DNA of 63,979 nt, counting the filler, from an uncultured bacterium (lineage in GTDB: Bacteria > CAYJOG01): NCBI GenBank assembly GCA_964371695.1. It is 6 parts of 6 records of this genome, joined end to end, with 100 filler letters (N's around TTAATTAATTAA, not from the genome) between each part and the next. Parts side by side here need not be neighbours in the genome. Positions count along the whole stretch, not along the records: positions 11,332 to 22,511 come from CAYJOG010000050.1; positions 22,612 to 33,762 come from CAYJOG010000051.1; 4 more parts are not named here. One strand, given 5' to 3'. A model generated the notes under the pieces. It was given only the letters and a program-made list of their open reading frames with translations, did no database searches and was not told where the DNA came from. Position numbers and translations under genes: made by a program. Each line of letters starts with the position of its first letter. The stretch's first letter is position 1. Shown here in pieces: positions 20,915 through 30,536 of the stretch.

Positions 20915-21301
20915 ATGCAGGCGTTGCTCAAAAAAATCACCCAGGATTCCCTGAAAACAGACATCCCAGACTTCAGCTCCGGCGACAGCGTGTCGGTGCA
21001 CCTGAAAGTGGTGGAGGGCAACAAGGAGCGCGTGCAGGTGCTCAAGGGCGTGGTCATCGCCCGGCGCGGCGGCCTTGGCCACAGCGGCACCTTCACCGTG
21101 CGCAAGGTCACCGGCGGCATTGGTGTGGAGCGCACGTTCTTTCTGCATTCCCCCGCCATCGCCAAAATCACGGTAGACCGCCGGGGCCGTGTGCGCCGCG
21201 CCAAGCTGTATTACCTGCGTGATCTTTCCGGCAAAGCCACCCGCATCAAGGAAAAACGCTACACCGGCAAAGACACCGCCAAAAAAGCGACCAAGGAATA
21301 A
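20915..21301 (+). CDS. rplS: 50S ribosomal protein L19
   Basis: [42 protein letters not shown]. Confidence 0.98.
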   Translation: MQALLKKITQDSLKTDIPDFSSGDSVSVHLKVVEGNKERVQVLKGVVIARRGGLGHSGTFTVRKVTGGIGVERTFFLHSPAIAKITVDRRGRVRRAKLYYLRDLSGKATRIKEKRYTGKDTAKKATKE

Positions 21302-21352
21302 GGCGCTCCTCTTGACCCGGCCCGTGGCCGTGTCTAAAACCGTTACCGCATC

Positions 21353-22348
21353 ATGGCCCGCGCAATCCCGCTGGAATTAGAGCCCAACAACCTGCGGCTG
21401 AAGGCGGGCAGCACCGAGCCGGTGCGCGTGGTGGTTTCGGCCAAAGACGCAAACCTGAACGGCGACTGCGCGGTGCGCGTGACCCACGGCAAGCTGATAA
21501 ACAGCGAGGCTCTGGTGGGCGGCAAGCTGGCGGTCACCCTGATGCCTCCCAAACGCAGCGGCGTGCTGGCTGTGAGCGTAAGCTCCGAAAAAGACGGCCG
21601 CAAAACCCTCTACCGCGCCGGTCTGCCGGTGGACACCACCCCCCTGCGGTTTGTGTGGGAGCTGTTTGAGAGCCTGGGTGTGGCCCTGGTGCTGGGGATC
21701 TTCATCAAGGCGTTGCTGTTCCAGCTTTTTTTCATTCCCAGGGGCAGCATGGAGCCGACGCTCTATGAAGGCGACCGGCTCATCGCCACGCCGTTGCCCT
21801 ATCACCTGCGCAAACCCCACCGGGGCGAGGTGGTGATCTTCCGCGCGCCGCCCCAGGCCAGCCCCCATCGCAACCGCGACGAAATCGACCTTTACCTGTT
21901 CGAGATTTCGCTGCCTGGGTTCTTTCGCAAAAACGACTACCTGGAATTTGCCGGGCGCAAGTGGTGGTTTCCCTATCGTCTGAAGCACCGGGTGGACGAC
22001 TACATCAAGCGCTGCGTGGCGGTGGAAGGCGACACGGTGCAGATCAAGGGCGGGTTTGTTTACGTCAACGGCAAACGCCAGAACGAACGGGTGATGACCG
22101 AAAACGGCCCCTCCAAAGGCAAGACGACCTATGTGCTGGCCGAGCGGCCAGCCGACACCTACATCCGCGTGAACGGTTTTGAAATCACCGAGCCGGTGAA
22201 GGTGCCGAAGGGTTATGTGTTTGTGCTGGGCGACAACCGCAACAACAGCCACGACAGCCACAAGTGGGGTTTCCTGAAAGAAGACCTGGTGATGCAGAAG
22301 GCGCTGTTTCTCATCCTGCCCCTGGGCCGCATGGGGCGGATTCCGTAA
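21353..22348 (+). CDS. lepB: Signal peptidase I with an N-terminal extension
   Basis: IPRGSMEPTL (Ser), DYIKRCVA (Lys), GDNRNNSHDS; follows rplS. Confidence 0.93.
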   Translation: MARAIPLELEPNNLRLKAGSTEPVRVVVSAKDANLNGDCAVRVTHGKLINSEALVGGKLAVTLMPPKRSGVLAVSVSSEKDGRKTLYRAGLPVDTTPLRFVWELFESLGVALVLGIFIKALLFQLFFIPRGSMEPTLYEGDRLIATPLPYHLRKPHRGEVVIFRAPPQASPHRNRDEIDLYLFEISLPGFFRKNDYLEFAGRKWWFPYRLKHRVDDYIKRCVAVEGDTVQIKGGFVYVNGKRQNERVMTENGPSKGKTTYVLAERPADTYIRVNGFEITEPVKVPKGYVFVLGDNRNNSHDSHKWGFLKEDLVMQKALFLILPLGRMGRIP

Positions 22349-22388
22349 GAGCCTGTTTTAAAAGTCCGTCGTGGACTTTTAAACACAG
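22349..22388 (-). repeat. Terminal fragment (hairpin 5) of the five-hairpin element
   Basis: GAGCCTGTTTTAAAAGTCCGTCGTGGACTTTTAAA directly after the lepB stop. Confidence 0.75.
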
Positions 22389-22611
22389 CGACATAAAAAA
22401 TGCCGCATGCTTGGGAAACAGGCAGATGGGGCGGGCGGGCTTTTCCATTACCCTCTCCCGCGCCCCAGCGTGGGAGAGGGTGGTTTTGACTGGCGACGCC
22501 AGTCAAAACCGNNNNNNNNNNNNNNNNNNNNNNNNNNNNNNNNNNNNNNNNNNNNTTAATTAATTAANNNNNNNNNNNNNNNNNNNNNNNNNNNNNNNNN
22601 NNNNNNNNNNN

Positions 22612-22671
22612 GAGCCTTGCTTGAGCAAAATGGGTTGAGAAAGTCCAGGAGGGACTTTCTCAACACCCTGA
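22612..22671 (+). repeat. 3' end of the five-hairpin element at a contig start
   Basis: TTGAGAAAGTCC-AGGAG-GGACTTTCTCAA followed by CACCCTG. Confidence 0.75.
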
Positions 22672-22727
22672 TACAGGAGGGTGAACTGGGGTATACTGAA
22701 GTTTACCGAATGTCTTGGGGAGCCAGC

Positions 22728-25700
22728 ATGTCAAGGCGGCTTCGGTGGGGTTTGGCGGCCCTGCTGGTGGTGGGGGCGTGCGTCTCTTTACCGGCCCCCA
22801 AGTCCGCCGAAGTCAAGAAATACAGCTCCGACGCCTACAGCGGCTACGTTGTTCCCCCCAACCAGGCCTGCAACAACCTCAGCCCCATCGCCTACATTCA
22901 GGATTTTGACGCGGGCAAGGGCCAGACCACCAAGCCCATCGAAATCCGCGGCCAGCTTTTTTTGCAGGCCGACACCATCAACAACAACACCGTGGTGCTG
23001 GAGTGCCCCAACGGCAACGCCCTGCCCGTGCTGGGTCACGAGTCCATCACGCCGGCCCTGCCCCCCGGCAGCGGCAGCGCGCCAGACTGCACCGCCGAGT
23101 GGGACGTGGCCACCTTTCTCACCACCGGCACCTTTGCCGGCGCGGTGCCCGATGGCTGGTGCGAACTGGTGATCACGGCGGGCACCAACACCTGGCATTT
23201 TCCCAATGCGTGGCGCAAAGACACCGTGCCCCCCACCCTGGCCGTGCAGGGGGCGCTGAAGACGGGCCGCGTGGACGGCACCCCCGGCGGGCGGGGTCTG
23301 GTGCATTTTCTGGTGGACGAAGCCAACAACGGTTTCAGTGACCCCGACGGCACCTGCAACACCTCTGCCTGCAACCAGACCGCCAACTTTTTTGGCGCAG
23401 AGGTGTATTACCACCTCGAAGGCACGGCCTGGGGCAGCAAGTCGGGCACCACCAGCGGCGGCATGACCGAGTTTGAAGGCCCCACCGCCAGTCTGGTGGC
23501 CACCAACCGCAACGACCCCGCCCTGCCCAGGGCCTGTTATGCCCTGCGCCTGCTGGACACCGCCGCCAACCTGAGCGGCTTTGGCGACCCCAACGGTTTT
23601 GACGCCGTGCCCGGTGGCGGCGACGACGTGACCGTGGCGAACAGCGCCAAGCCCCGGTGCTTTGTGCCCGACGGCAAAAACCCGGAAGTCACCAAGGTGG
23701 AGGCGTACTTCGACAGCACCCTGCTCACCCAGAACATGCTGCCCGTGGCCAGCGACGGCGCGTGGGTGGTGAACAAGAACGAAGACGAAGCCCCCCTTGC
23801 GCACCGCGACAAAATCGTGTATCTCAAAATTCATGTCTCCGAGCCGTTGTTTGACCCGATCTCTGGCGGGGGCAACCGCTTTGGCTCACCCGCCGCCATG
23901 GCCGATGGTCTGGACGGTGACAACGACGGCAGCATTGACGAAGAAGTGCTCAACAACGCCGACGACGACGCCGACGGCGTGGCCGATGAAGACCTGCGCC
24001 TGACCGGCTGCACCGTTACCGCAGCGGTGGCGGGCGACAAGATTGACAACGACTGTGACGGCTACATCGATGAAGACAGCACCGGCGGCACCGACACCGG
24101 CACCGGCGTGCTTTGCGGCTCCAAGGAAAAAATGCTCTACACGCAAGACGCCACCTGTGTGCCCACGCCGCAGATTTCCATTCAGGGTGCGGACCCCAAC
24201 GGCACCATGTTCAGCCAGTCCATCACGCTTTACAGCACCCCCAGCGCGTTCCGCTCGCTGAGCGAAACGGTGTATGTGTTCCCCTACAACGTGGGCAACA
24301 TTTCGTCTGAAGACGACTACACCATCACGGTTTCCATGGCCGACGGCGTGGGCAACGCCGTGATCAACGCCGTGCCGCTTTCGGGCGGCGTCATCCGCGT
24401 GGACAACACGCCGCCCACCTACAAGGTGAAGTATTACAAAGACACTGTGCTGCTGAGCGAGCTGAACAAAACTGGCAGTCCCCTGCTGCCCCTGGCCGGA
24501 CAAAGCACCGTGAGCATCAAGATTGACGCCTATGACCCCAACAGCGGTCTGGTGGAGGACGTGCGTGTTCCCTTGGTGGCGGTGGATCAGCCCGGCACCA
24601 CCGATGTCACCAACCAGACCGCCAGCGCCCTGTCGGGCACCAGCACCACCGTCTTTTCCACGTCTTATCTTGTAAACGCCGCCACGGGGGGCACTTATAT
24701 CGACGGCGTCGCCAGTGTTTCCATCAAGGGCAAAGACCTGGGGGGAAACTGGACAGGCGGCGGCGCGGGGGTTTACATCGCGCCCAGCGAGGGCGACCAG
24801 TTCCGCATTGACACCTCGCCCCCCAGTCTGGGCACCATTTCGCTCTATGCGCCGCTGGACAAGGCCGTGGCGGTGAATGAAAGCAACGGCAAACCCACCA
24901 CACAGCCCGTTTTGCGCTGGAACAACAGCGACGCCGACGCCACCAGCTACAAGGTGGAAATCGCCACGAATAACACTTACACCAGCAGCGCCATTGTGCG
25001 GCAGACCAGTGTGCTGCTCACCAACTATTCCGTGGGGTTGTTGGCCGACAACGAAAAGGACGGCCCCGTGTGCGCCGTGCAGGCCGACTGCGACGCCGCT
25101 TATGGCGCAGACAGCGGCTTTGAATGCGAAGCCAGCGTGGGCAAGTGCCGTGAGTATTACTACTGGCGTCTGGCCCCCATGGACGTGGCGGGCAACACGG
25201 CGGCCTTCACCAGCCCGTCTTACCGTTTTCGCGTAGACGCCCAGCCGCCCCAGATGTCCGTGGAGCTTTACAACAACTACGCCACCGGCGTGTTCACCAA
25301 CCCCCTCACCATGACCAGCCAGGGTTATCCCGTGGCCATTGCGGGCACCGTTTATATCCGCCTTTCCGCCAGCGAGGCGCTGGGCAGCCTACCCACCTTC
25401 AGCATCAATCAGGTGGGCGAAACCGACGCGCTGAATCAGCTTGCCACCGAGACCGCCCCTGGCTCTGGTGTGTATTACGGCCAGTACATCGTCCAGCCCG
25501 ACAACGGCCTTGGGTTTCAGGACGGCTTGGCGAACATCACCTTCAGCGCTCTGGACACCAGCGGCAATGAGGCGACAAACGCCACGCCCAACACCGGCAG
25601 CCAGTTTCTGATCGACACCAAACCCCCCAACATCAGCGCGCTCACGGCCAATCCATCTCCGGCGGGCAATGTCACGGTGAGCTTCAGCATGGTGGTGAGC

Positions 25701-28418
25701 GAGCAGATTCAGACACCGCTCAGCGCCAATATCACCGGCGATTGCCTGGGGGGCGCGGGCACAGCCCCCCTCACCTATGTGAACGCCACGGCGTTTCAAT
25801 ATCTGGGGTCTTACAGCGTGACGGCCGCAGACACCACCTGCACCGCCACGGTCACCGTCACCGTGACGGACTTCGCCAATCAGGTGGCCACCCGGCAGGC
25901 CACTTTTCAGGTGGACACGCTGGACCCCGACAGCCCCGAACTGGACCTGCCCCAGGACAACACCGACGTGAACGTGTCCCCCTCCAAAATTCTCACGCCC
26001 CTTTTTGTGTGGGGGAGTGTTTCGGACGCCGTGAGTTATCACATGGAGCTGGCCACGGCGCAAACCTTCACCAGCGGCAGCATTCTCATTGACGAGTCGG
26101 GTCTCACCGACACGCAGATATTCGCGCCCAATCCGTTGCCCAATCCCAATGGGGATTATTTCTGGCGGGTGCGGGCGGTAGACCTAGCGGGCAACACCAC
26201 CCAGAACCCACAGGTGTTCAAATACACCACCGACAACACGCCCCCGGCGGCCCCCACCTTCAACGCCTCTGTGCCCGCCACCACCAAAAGCGCCAGCGTC
26301 ACCATCAGCGGCCTCGCCGAGGCCAAGTCCATGGTCAAGCTCTACCGCAACGGTCAGGTGGTGCAGGTGCTCACACCCGAAGGCACCCTGGACGCCATCC
26401 GCGCCAGCGACGCAGGGGCCTTTACCTTTACCTTTGACAACGACGGCGACGGCGTGAAGGACGAAGACGGTTTTGACGGCCTGGACAATGATGAAGACGG
26501 CCAGACCGACGAAGACCCGCCAGACTATCCCCTCTTTCCCGGCATCAACCAGCTCACCGCCAAGGCCACCGACAGGGCGGGCAACGAAGGCCCCCTGAGC
26601 GCGATCAAGGACATCTCGCTGGACACCGGCCCGCCCAAGTTCAACGTGAGTTTTTACAAGGGCGACCCCGGCATTGCGGGCCAGACGCTGGTGCCCACGG
26701 GCGCAGACGGTCTGCCCCAGGTGGGGGAGGGGCAGGTGTGGTTCAAGTTCACCGCCAACGAAGACCTGAAAGACGACATCTGCACCTATTCCATCAACCA
26801 GCCGGGGACATCCGATGTGCTGGGTCAGGCATGCATTCTCATCAGCCCCGCCAACAAGCGGGAGTTCAAGGGCAATTACACCGTGAGCGCCGCCAACGGC
26901 GGCACGTTTGTGGATGGTCAGGCCACCATCACCCTCACCGCCACCGATCTGGACGGCAACACGGCCACCGACACCGTGCCGGAGGTGGGTCGGGCGTTTC
27001 GCATTGACACCAGCGGGGCCACGTTTGAGGCAGAGTTTTTTCGTGAGGGTGGGCTGAACGAACGCCTGCCGCGTGATGCGAATCTGGTTTACATTGCCAG
27101 ACAGGGGCCGGTCTATATCAAGGTCATCGCCAGCGAGGGACTCAAAGACGGGGCCACGCTCACAGTCAACCAGCCGGGCACCGCCGACGACACCGTGGCC
27201 ATCACTCCCCTCACTGGCAGTCAGACCATTTTCAAAGCGCTCTACAACGTGCAGGCGGCGGATGGCGGGTTGTATGTGGACGGTCTGGCGAATCTGGCGT
27301 TCAGCGGAGAAGACCTGGCGGGCAACACGTTTGCCGCCGTGGTTCCCCTCACCGGGCCGACTTTTGCGCTGGACACCACGCCCCCCGCACCACCCATATT
27401 GGGCCTGCCCGCCACACAGCCCAACTTCTCGAACATGGCCGTGGCGGTGACAGGCGAGCCTTTTGGCACGGCGGTCATCCGCCACAGCCGCAAGATGCCA
27501 GACATTGTGGTGACGCCCGGCGACACCCTCGACAACGACGACGACCTGCGCACCGACGAAGAACCCGGCGGCGTGAACGGCCTGGACGACGACCAGGACG
27601 GTTTCATTGACGAGGATGTGTCCAACACCCCCTGCGCACTGGGGCAATATCTCTCCGGCTCGGTGTGTGTCCTGGCCACCAGCGACAACCGTCTGGTTTT
27701 CTCACAGGAGCTGGACGAAAACGGCCAAGCTGCGGTGGACGTGACCACGCTGGCGAACGGCCTGAACCTGCTCACCGCCTATCAGGTGGACATGGCGGGC
27801 AACAGCAGCACGGCGGCGGTGGCGGCCTCGGTCACCGGCACGGGCATTGAAATCATCGCCCTGCAGCACAGTTTTCCCAAGGCGGGCTGGCAGCCGGTGA
27901 GCATTCCCCTGTTCAACCCCGTGGCCCCCAAGCCCAAGGCCGGTTTTCAGCTCAACACCGATTTTGTCAGTGTGGAGCAACCCCCGCTGAACCAGGGCGG
28001 CGTGCAGGATCCGCTGACCCTTTACCGGGTTGATTCCAAAGTGGCCAACATGCTGCCGGGGGTGGGTTATTGGGCCTATCTGCCCACCGCGCCCACCACG
28101 GTGACCCTCAACGGCCAAAAGAGCAAAGTCAGTGTGTTGAACCTGAAAAAAGGCTGGAACCTCATTGGCCCGTCTTATAACCAGACCATCGCCTGGAACG
28201 CCAACGTGAAGGTGGGCAAGACGGGCAGCAGCACCGAGGTCTATCCGCTGGACAGCGCCGGGGCCGAGGCGATGATCCACACCAGCCTTTACATCTATGA
28301 CCCCCAGACCGGCGAATACAGCGCCATTGCCCCCGGCGCGGGCGACTTTCTGCCCTTCATCGGTTATTTCCTGCTGGCCAAGGAAGACTGCCAGTTGATT
28401 CTGCCCGACGCGCCCTAG
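22728..28418 (+). CDS. Giant secreted/surface protein with Ig-like and FN3-like repeats and acidic DxDxDG metal-binding motifs
   Basis: Signal peptide, DxxGN..D.TPP repeats, DNDCDGYIDE-type motifs, C-terminal LKKGWNLIG domain; about 1896 aa. Confidence 0.85.
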   Translation: MSRRLRWGLAALLVVGACVSLPAPKSAEVKKYSSDAYSGYVVPPNQACNNLSPIAYIQDFDAGKGQTTKPIEIRGQLFLQADTINNNTVVLECPNGNALPVLGHESITPALPPGSGSAPDCTAEWDVATFLTTGTFAGAVPDGWCELVITAGTNTWHFPNAWRKDTVPPTLAVQGALKTGRVDGTPGGRGLVHFLVDEANNGFSDPDGTCNTSACNQTANFFGAEVYYHLEGTAWGSKSGTTSGGMTEFEGPTASLVATNRNDPALPRACYALRLLDTAANLSGFGDPNGFDAVPGGGDDVTVANSAKPRCFVPDGKNPEVTKVEAYFDSTLLTQNMLPVASDGAWVVNKNEDEAPLAHRDKIVYLKIHVSEPLFDPISGGGNRFGSPAAMADGLDGDNDGSIDEEVLNNADDDADGVADEDLRLTGCTVTAAVAGDKIDNDCDGYIDEDSTGGTDTGTGVLCGSKEKMLYTQDATCVPTPQISIQGADPNGTMFSQSITLYSTPSAFRSLSETVYVFPYNVGNISSEDDYTITVSMADGVGNAVINAVPLSGGVIRVDNTPPTYKVKYYKDTVLLSELNKTGSPLLPLAGQSTVSIKIDAYDPNSGLVEDVRVPLVAVDQPGTTDVTNQTASALSGTSTTVFSTSYLVNAATGGTYIDGVASVSIKGKDLGGNWTGGGAGVYIAPSEGDQFRIDTSPPSLGTISLYAPLDKAVAVNESNGKPTTQPVLRWNNSDADATSYKVEIATNNTYTSSAIVRQTSVLLTNYSVGLLADNEKDGPVCAVQADCDAAYGADSGFECEASVGKCREYYYWRLAPMDVAGNTAAFTSPSYRFRVDAQPPQMSVELYNNYATGVFTNPLTMTSQGYPVAIAGTVYIRLSASEALGSLPTFSINQVGETDALNQLATETAPGSGVYYGQYIVQPDNGLGFQDGLANITFSALDTSGNEATNATPNTGSQFLIDTKPPNISALTANPSPAGNVTVSFSMVVSEQIQTPLSANITGDCLGGAGTAPLTYVNATAFQYLGSYSVTAADTTCTATVTVTVTDFANQVATRQATFQVDTLDPDSPELDLPQDNTDVNVSPSKILTPLFVWGSVSDAVSYHMELATAQTFTSGSILIDESGLTDTQIFAPNPLPNPNGDYFWRVRAVDLAGNTTQNPQVFKYTTDNTPPAAPTFNASVPATTKSASVTISGLAEAKSMVKLYRNGQVVQVLTPEGTLDAIRASDAGAFTFTFDNDGDGVKDEDGFDGLDNDEDGQTDEDPPDYPLFPGINQLTAKATDRAGNEGPLSAIKDISLDTGPPKFNVSFYKGDPGIAGQTLVPTGADGLPQVGEGQVWFKFTANEDLKDDICTYSINQPGTSDVLGQACILISPANKREFKGNYTVSAANGGTFVDGQATITLTATDLDGNTATDTVPEVGRAFRIDTSGATFEAEFFREGGLNERLPRDANLVYIARQGPVYIKVIASEGLKDGATLTVNQPGTADDTVAITPLTGSQTIFKALYNVQAADGGLYVDGLANLAFSGEDLAGNTFAAVVPLTGPTFALDTTPPAPPILGLPATQPNFSNMAVAVTGEPFGTAVIRHSRKMPDIVVTPGDTLDNDDDLRTDEEPGGVNGLDDDQDGFIDEDVSNTPCALGQYLSGSVCVLATSDNRLVFSQELDENGQAAVDVTTLANGLNLLTAYQVDMAGNSSTAAVAASVTGTGIEIIALQHSFPKAGWQPVSIPLFNPVAPKPKAGFQLNTDFVSVEQPPLNQGGVQDPLTLYRVDSKVANMLPGVGYWAYLPTAPTTVTLNGQKSKVSVLNLKKGWNLIGPSYNQTIAWNANVKVGKTGSSTEVYPLDSAGAEAMIHTSLYIYDPQTGEYSAIAPGAGDFLPFIGYFLLAKEDCQLILPDAP

Positions 28419-28421
28419 GCC

Positions 28422-30506
28422 ATGGTGCAGGCTCTGGGCAGGCGATGTTTCACGGCGGCCATGACCGCCGGGTGTCTCTTGTTGTTCACGCTCTTTGCTG
28501 CGCCTGCCCGCGCCCAGGATGATCTCCAGTCCTGGGCGGTGTCGCGGGGTCATCAGCTTGAGCAGCAATGGTCAGGCCGCGCTGCCCGCCCGGCAGACCC
28601 ACCCCGTTTTCACCCCACGCTGGACATCGCCCAACTGGTGCGGGCCTTTCCCTTTCTCGCGCCGCAAACCCGCGAGGCCCTCGCACCGGTGGCCCGTTTC
28701 ACACGAGAGGCAGAGGGTTTCTCGGTGTTTTATCCCCACGCCAAAACCGCGGCGGCGGCGGGCGAAACCCTGGTCACCCTCACCACCTCACATTTTCTCA
28801 TTCGCCAATACCGCACCGGCCAGAGCACCGAAGAACTGGCGCTCGCCACCACCGCCCAGGTGCTGGAAGAAGTCTACGCCTACGAGGTGCAAAGCCCCCG
28901 CTGGCTTCAGTTCGACAGCCCCCTTCAAAAAAAGAAACCCTACGAGGTCACGCTGCGCAACCTGCCAGAGGGTTATTACGGCCTCACCTATCCCAACCGT
29001 TGTGATGAAGATGGCTGTGGCAGCTTCATTGAAATAGACGACAATTTTTCGTTTCTTTTCAACGGCGCAGACACCGAAGCCGAGCGAAACAAAAAACTCA
29101 CCGAGGCCATTCAGGTCACGCTGGCCCACGAGTTTTTTCATGCCGTGCAGTTCAAGGGTTACCGCATTCTCACGGTGAGCAATGAGCAGTCGGTGCGCCT
29201 CAGCACCTGGTTCATCGAAGGCTCCGCCGTGTGGATGGAAGATTTCGTCTACCCCGCCGTGAACGACTACACGCGGGTCTACACCGCGCCGTTTCTCGCC
29301 AACCCCCAGGATTCCCTCACCGGTGGCCCCACCTCGGCCAATCCGCTCCAGCCCTACGGCACTGTTTTGTGGTTCAAGGAGGTGACAGACAACAGGGGCG
29401 TAGGCGTTGTCAGGAACTTGTTTGAGTATTGGAAAGAGCAATCGTCCAAGGGAGTGGATGCAGAAGTTTTTGAAGAAAACCTGAATTCCACTGTTTTTGG
29501 CGTTCTCACAACGATGTGGGAATACCTGTTGGCGCAGAGCCAAGCCGACGGTGGATTGATTGGCAAACCCAGGGCGCGCTTCAAGGTGAAGTCCGCACCC
29601 TTTCAGGAATCGGTGTCGCTGCCCAAACTGGGGAGTTACCTGCTGGAAATTGACCTGGACTGGTTGCGCTCAATGGCCCTGGAGGAACCCGAAAGTCAAC
29701 TGGAAATCTGCATGGAAGGTTTATCAGGTGATGCCAGTGAGGCTCTTTTGGTGCTGGATGAACAAAACAGACTTGCTCACCTCTGGCTCGGTTCCGGCAC
29801 AGACACCGGCCGCTGCTGGAATACTGTCGAGTTGAGCTTTGGCAGTATTTCACTCTCTCGCGCCAAAGGCCTGTGGTTGCTGGGTGTCTCAAAAAGGTCA
29901 GATGTTTTCACCGTCACCGTCAAAAAAAAGCAGGCGACAACCAATCTGCCGCAAGCCACCGCCCGCATTCCACTGCGGCGGGGCTGGAATCTGGTGTCGG
30001 TGGCCACGGCGCCGCCACGGGGCGTGCCGCAGGATTATTTCACCAGCGCCGACGCCGTCTGGTTTCCCCAGAGCACCGAAACGGGTCTTCAGTTTTTGCA
30101 GGAAGACAACAGCACTTTTCCCCTTATGGACACGCCGGGCCGGGTCTATCTCATTCATCAGAGCAGCCCCAACCCCGTAAGTGTGGGTGTGACGGGAACT
30201 TTTTTGCCGGGAAGAATGCAGGAGGTCAGGTTGTTGCCGGGTTACAACGCCGTGGGCAATCCGGGCTTGGCGGACCTGAGCCTGAAGGCGTTGGCCAAAG
30301 TGGAGCAGGAGAACGGCCAGCGGATTCTTTTGAAAGACCTGCCGCCGGGCTGGCTGGGAGAAGACCTTTATGTGCTCAACGCCGACACACAACAATATGA
30401 AAGTGCGCCGGACTGGACACTGAAACCCGGCCAGGCGGGCTGGCTGGTGGCCCGGCGGCCCATGACGCTTCTGATTCCGGTTTTGCCGTCGACCAGCGGG
30501 GAATAA
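28422..30506 (+). CDS. Secreted gluzincin-like metalloprotease (MXAN_6640/DUF6055-like)
   Basis: VTLAHEFFHAVQF plus WFIEGSAVWMED; signal peptide; LRRGWNLVS C-terminal domain. Confidence 0.8.
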   Translation: MVQALGRRCFTAAMTAGCLLLFTLFAAPARAQDDLQSWAVSRGHQLEQQWSGRAARPADPPRFHPTLDIAQLVRAFPFLAPQTREALAPVARFTREAEGFSVFYPHAKTAAAAGETLVTLTTSHFLIRQYRTGQSTEELALATTAQVLEEVYAYEVQSPRWLQFDSPLQKKKPYEVTLRNLPEGYYGLTYPNRCDEDGCGSFIEIDDNFSFLFNGADTEAERNKKLTEAIQVTLAHEFFHAVQFKGYRILTVSNEQSVRLSTWFIEGSAVWMEDFVYPAVNDYTRVYTAPFLANPQDSLTGGPTSANPLQPYGTVLWFKEVTDNRGVGVVRNLFEYWKEQSSKGVDAEVFEENLNSTVFGVLTTMWEYLLAQSQADGGLIGKPRARFKVKSAPFQESVSLPKLGSYLLEIDLDWLRSMALEEPESQLEICMEGLSGDASEALLVLDEQNRLAHLWLGSGTDTGRCWNTVELSFGSISLSRAKGLWLLGVSKRSDVFTVTVKKKQATTNLPQATARIPLRRGWNLVSVATAPPRGVPQDYFTSADAVWFPQSTETGLQFLQEDNSTFPLMDTPGRVYLIHQSSPNPVSVGVTGTFLPGRMQEVRLLPGYNAVGNPGLADLSLKALAKVEQENGQRILLKDLPPGWLGEDLYVLNADTQQYESAPDWTLKPGQAGWLVARRPMTLLIPVLPSTSGE

Positions 30507-30536
30507 CACCATTTTTCAACTTCCAGCTTCCGCCGT

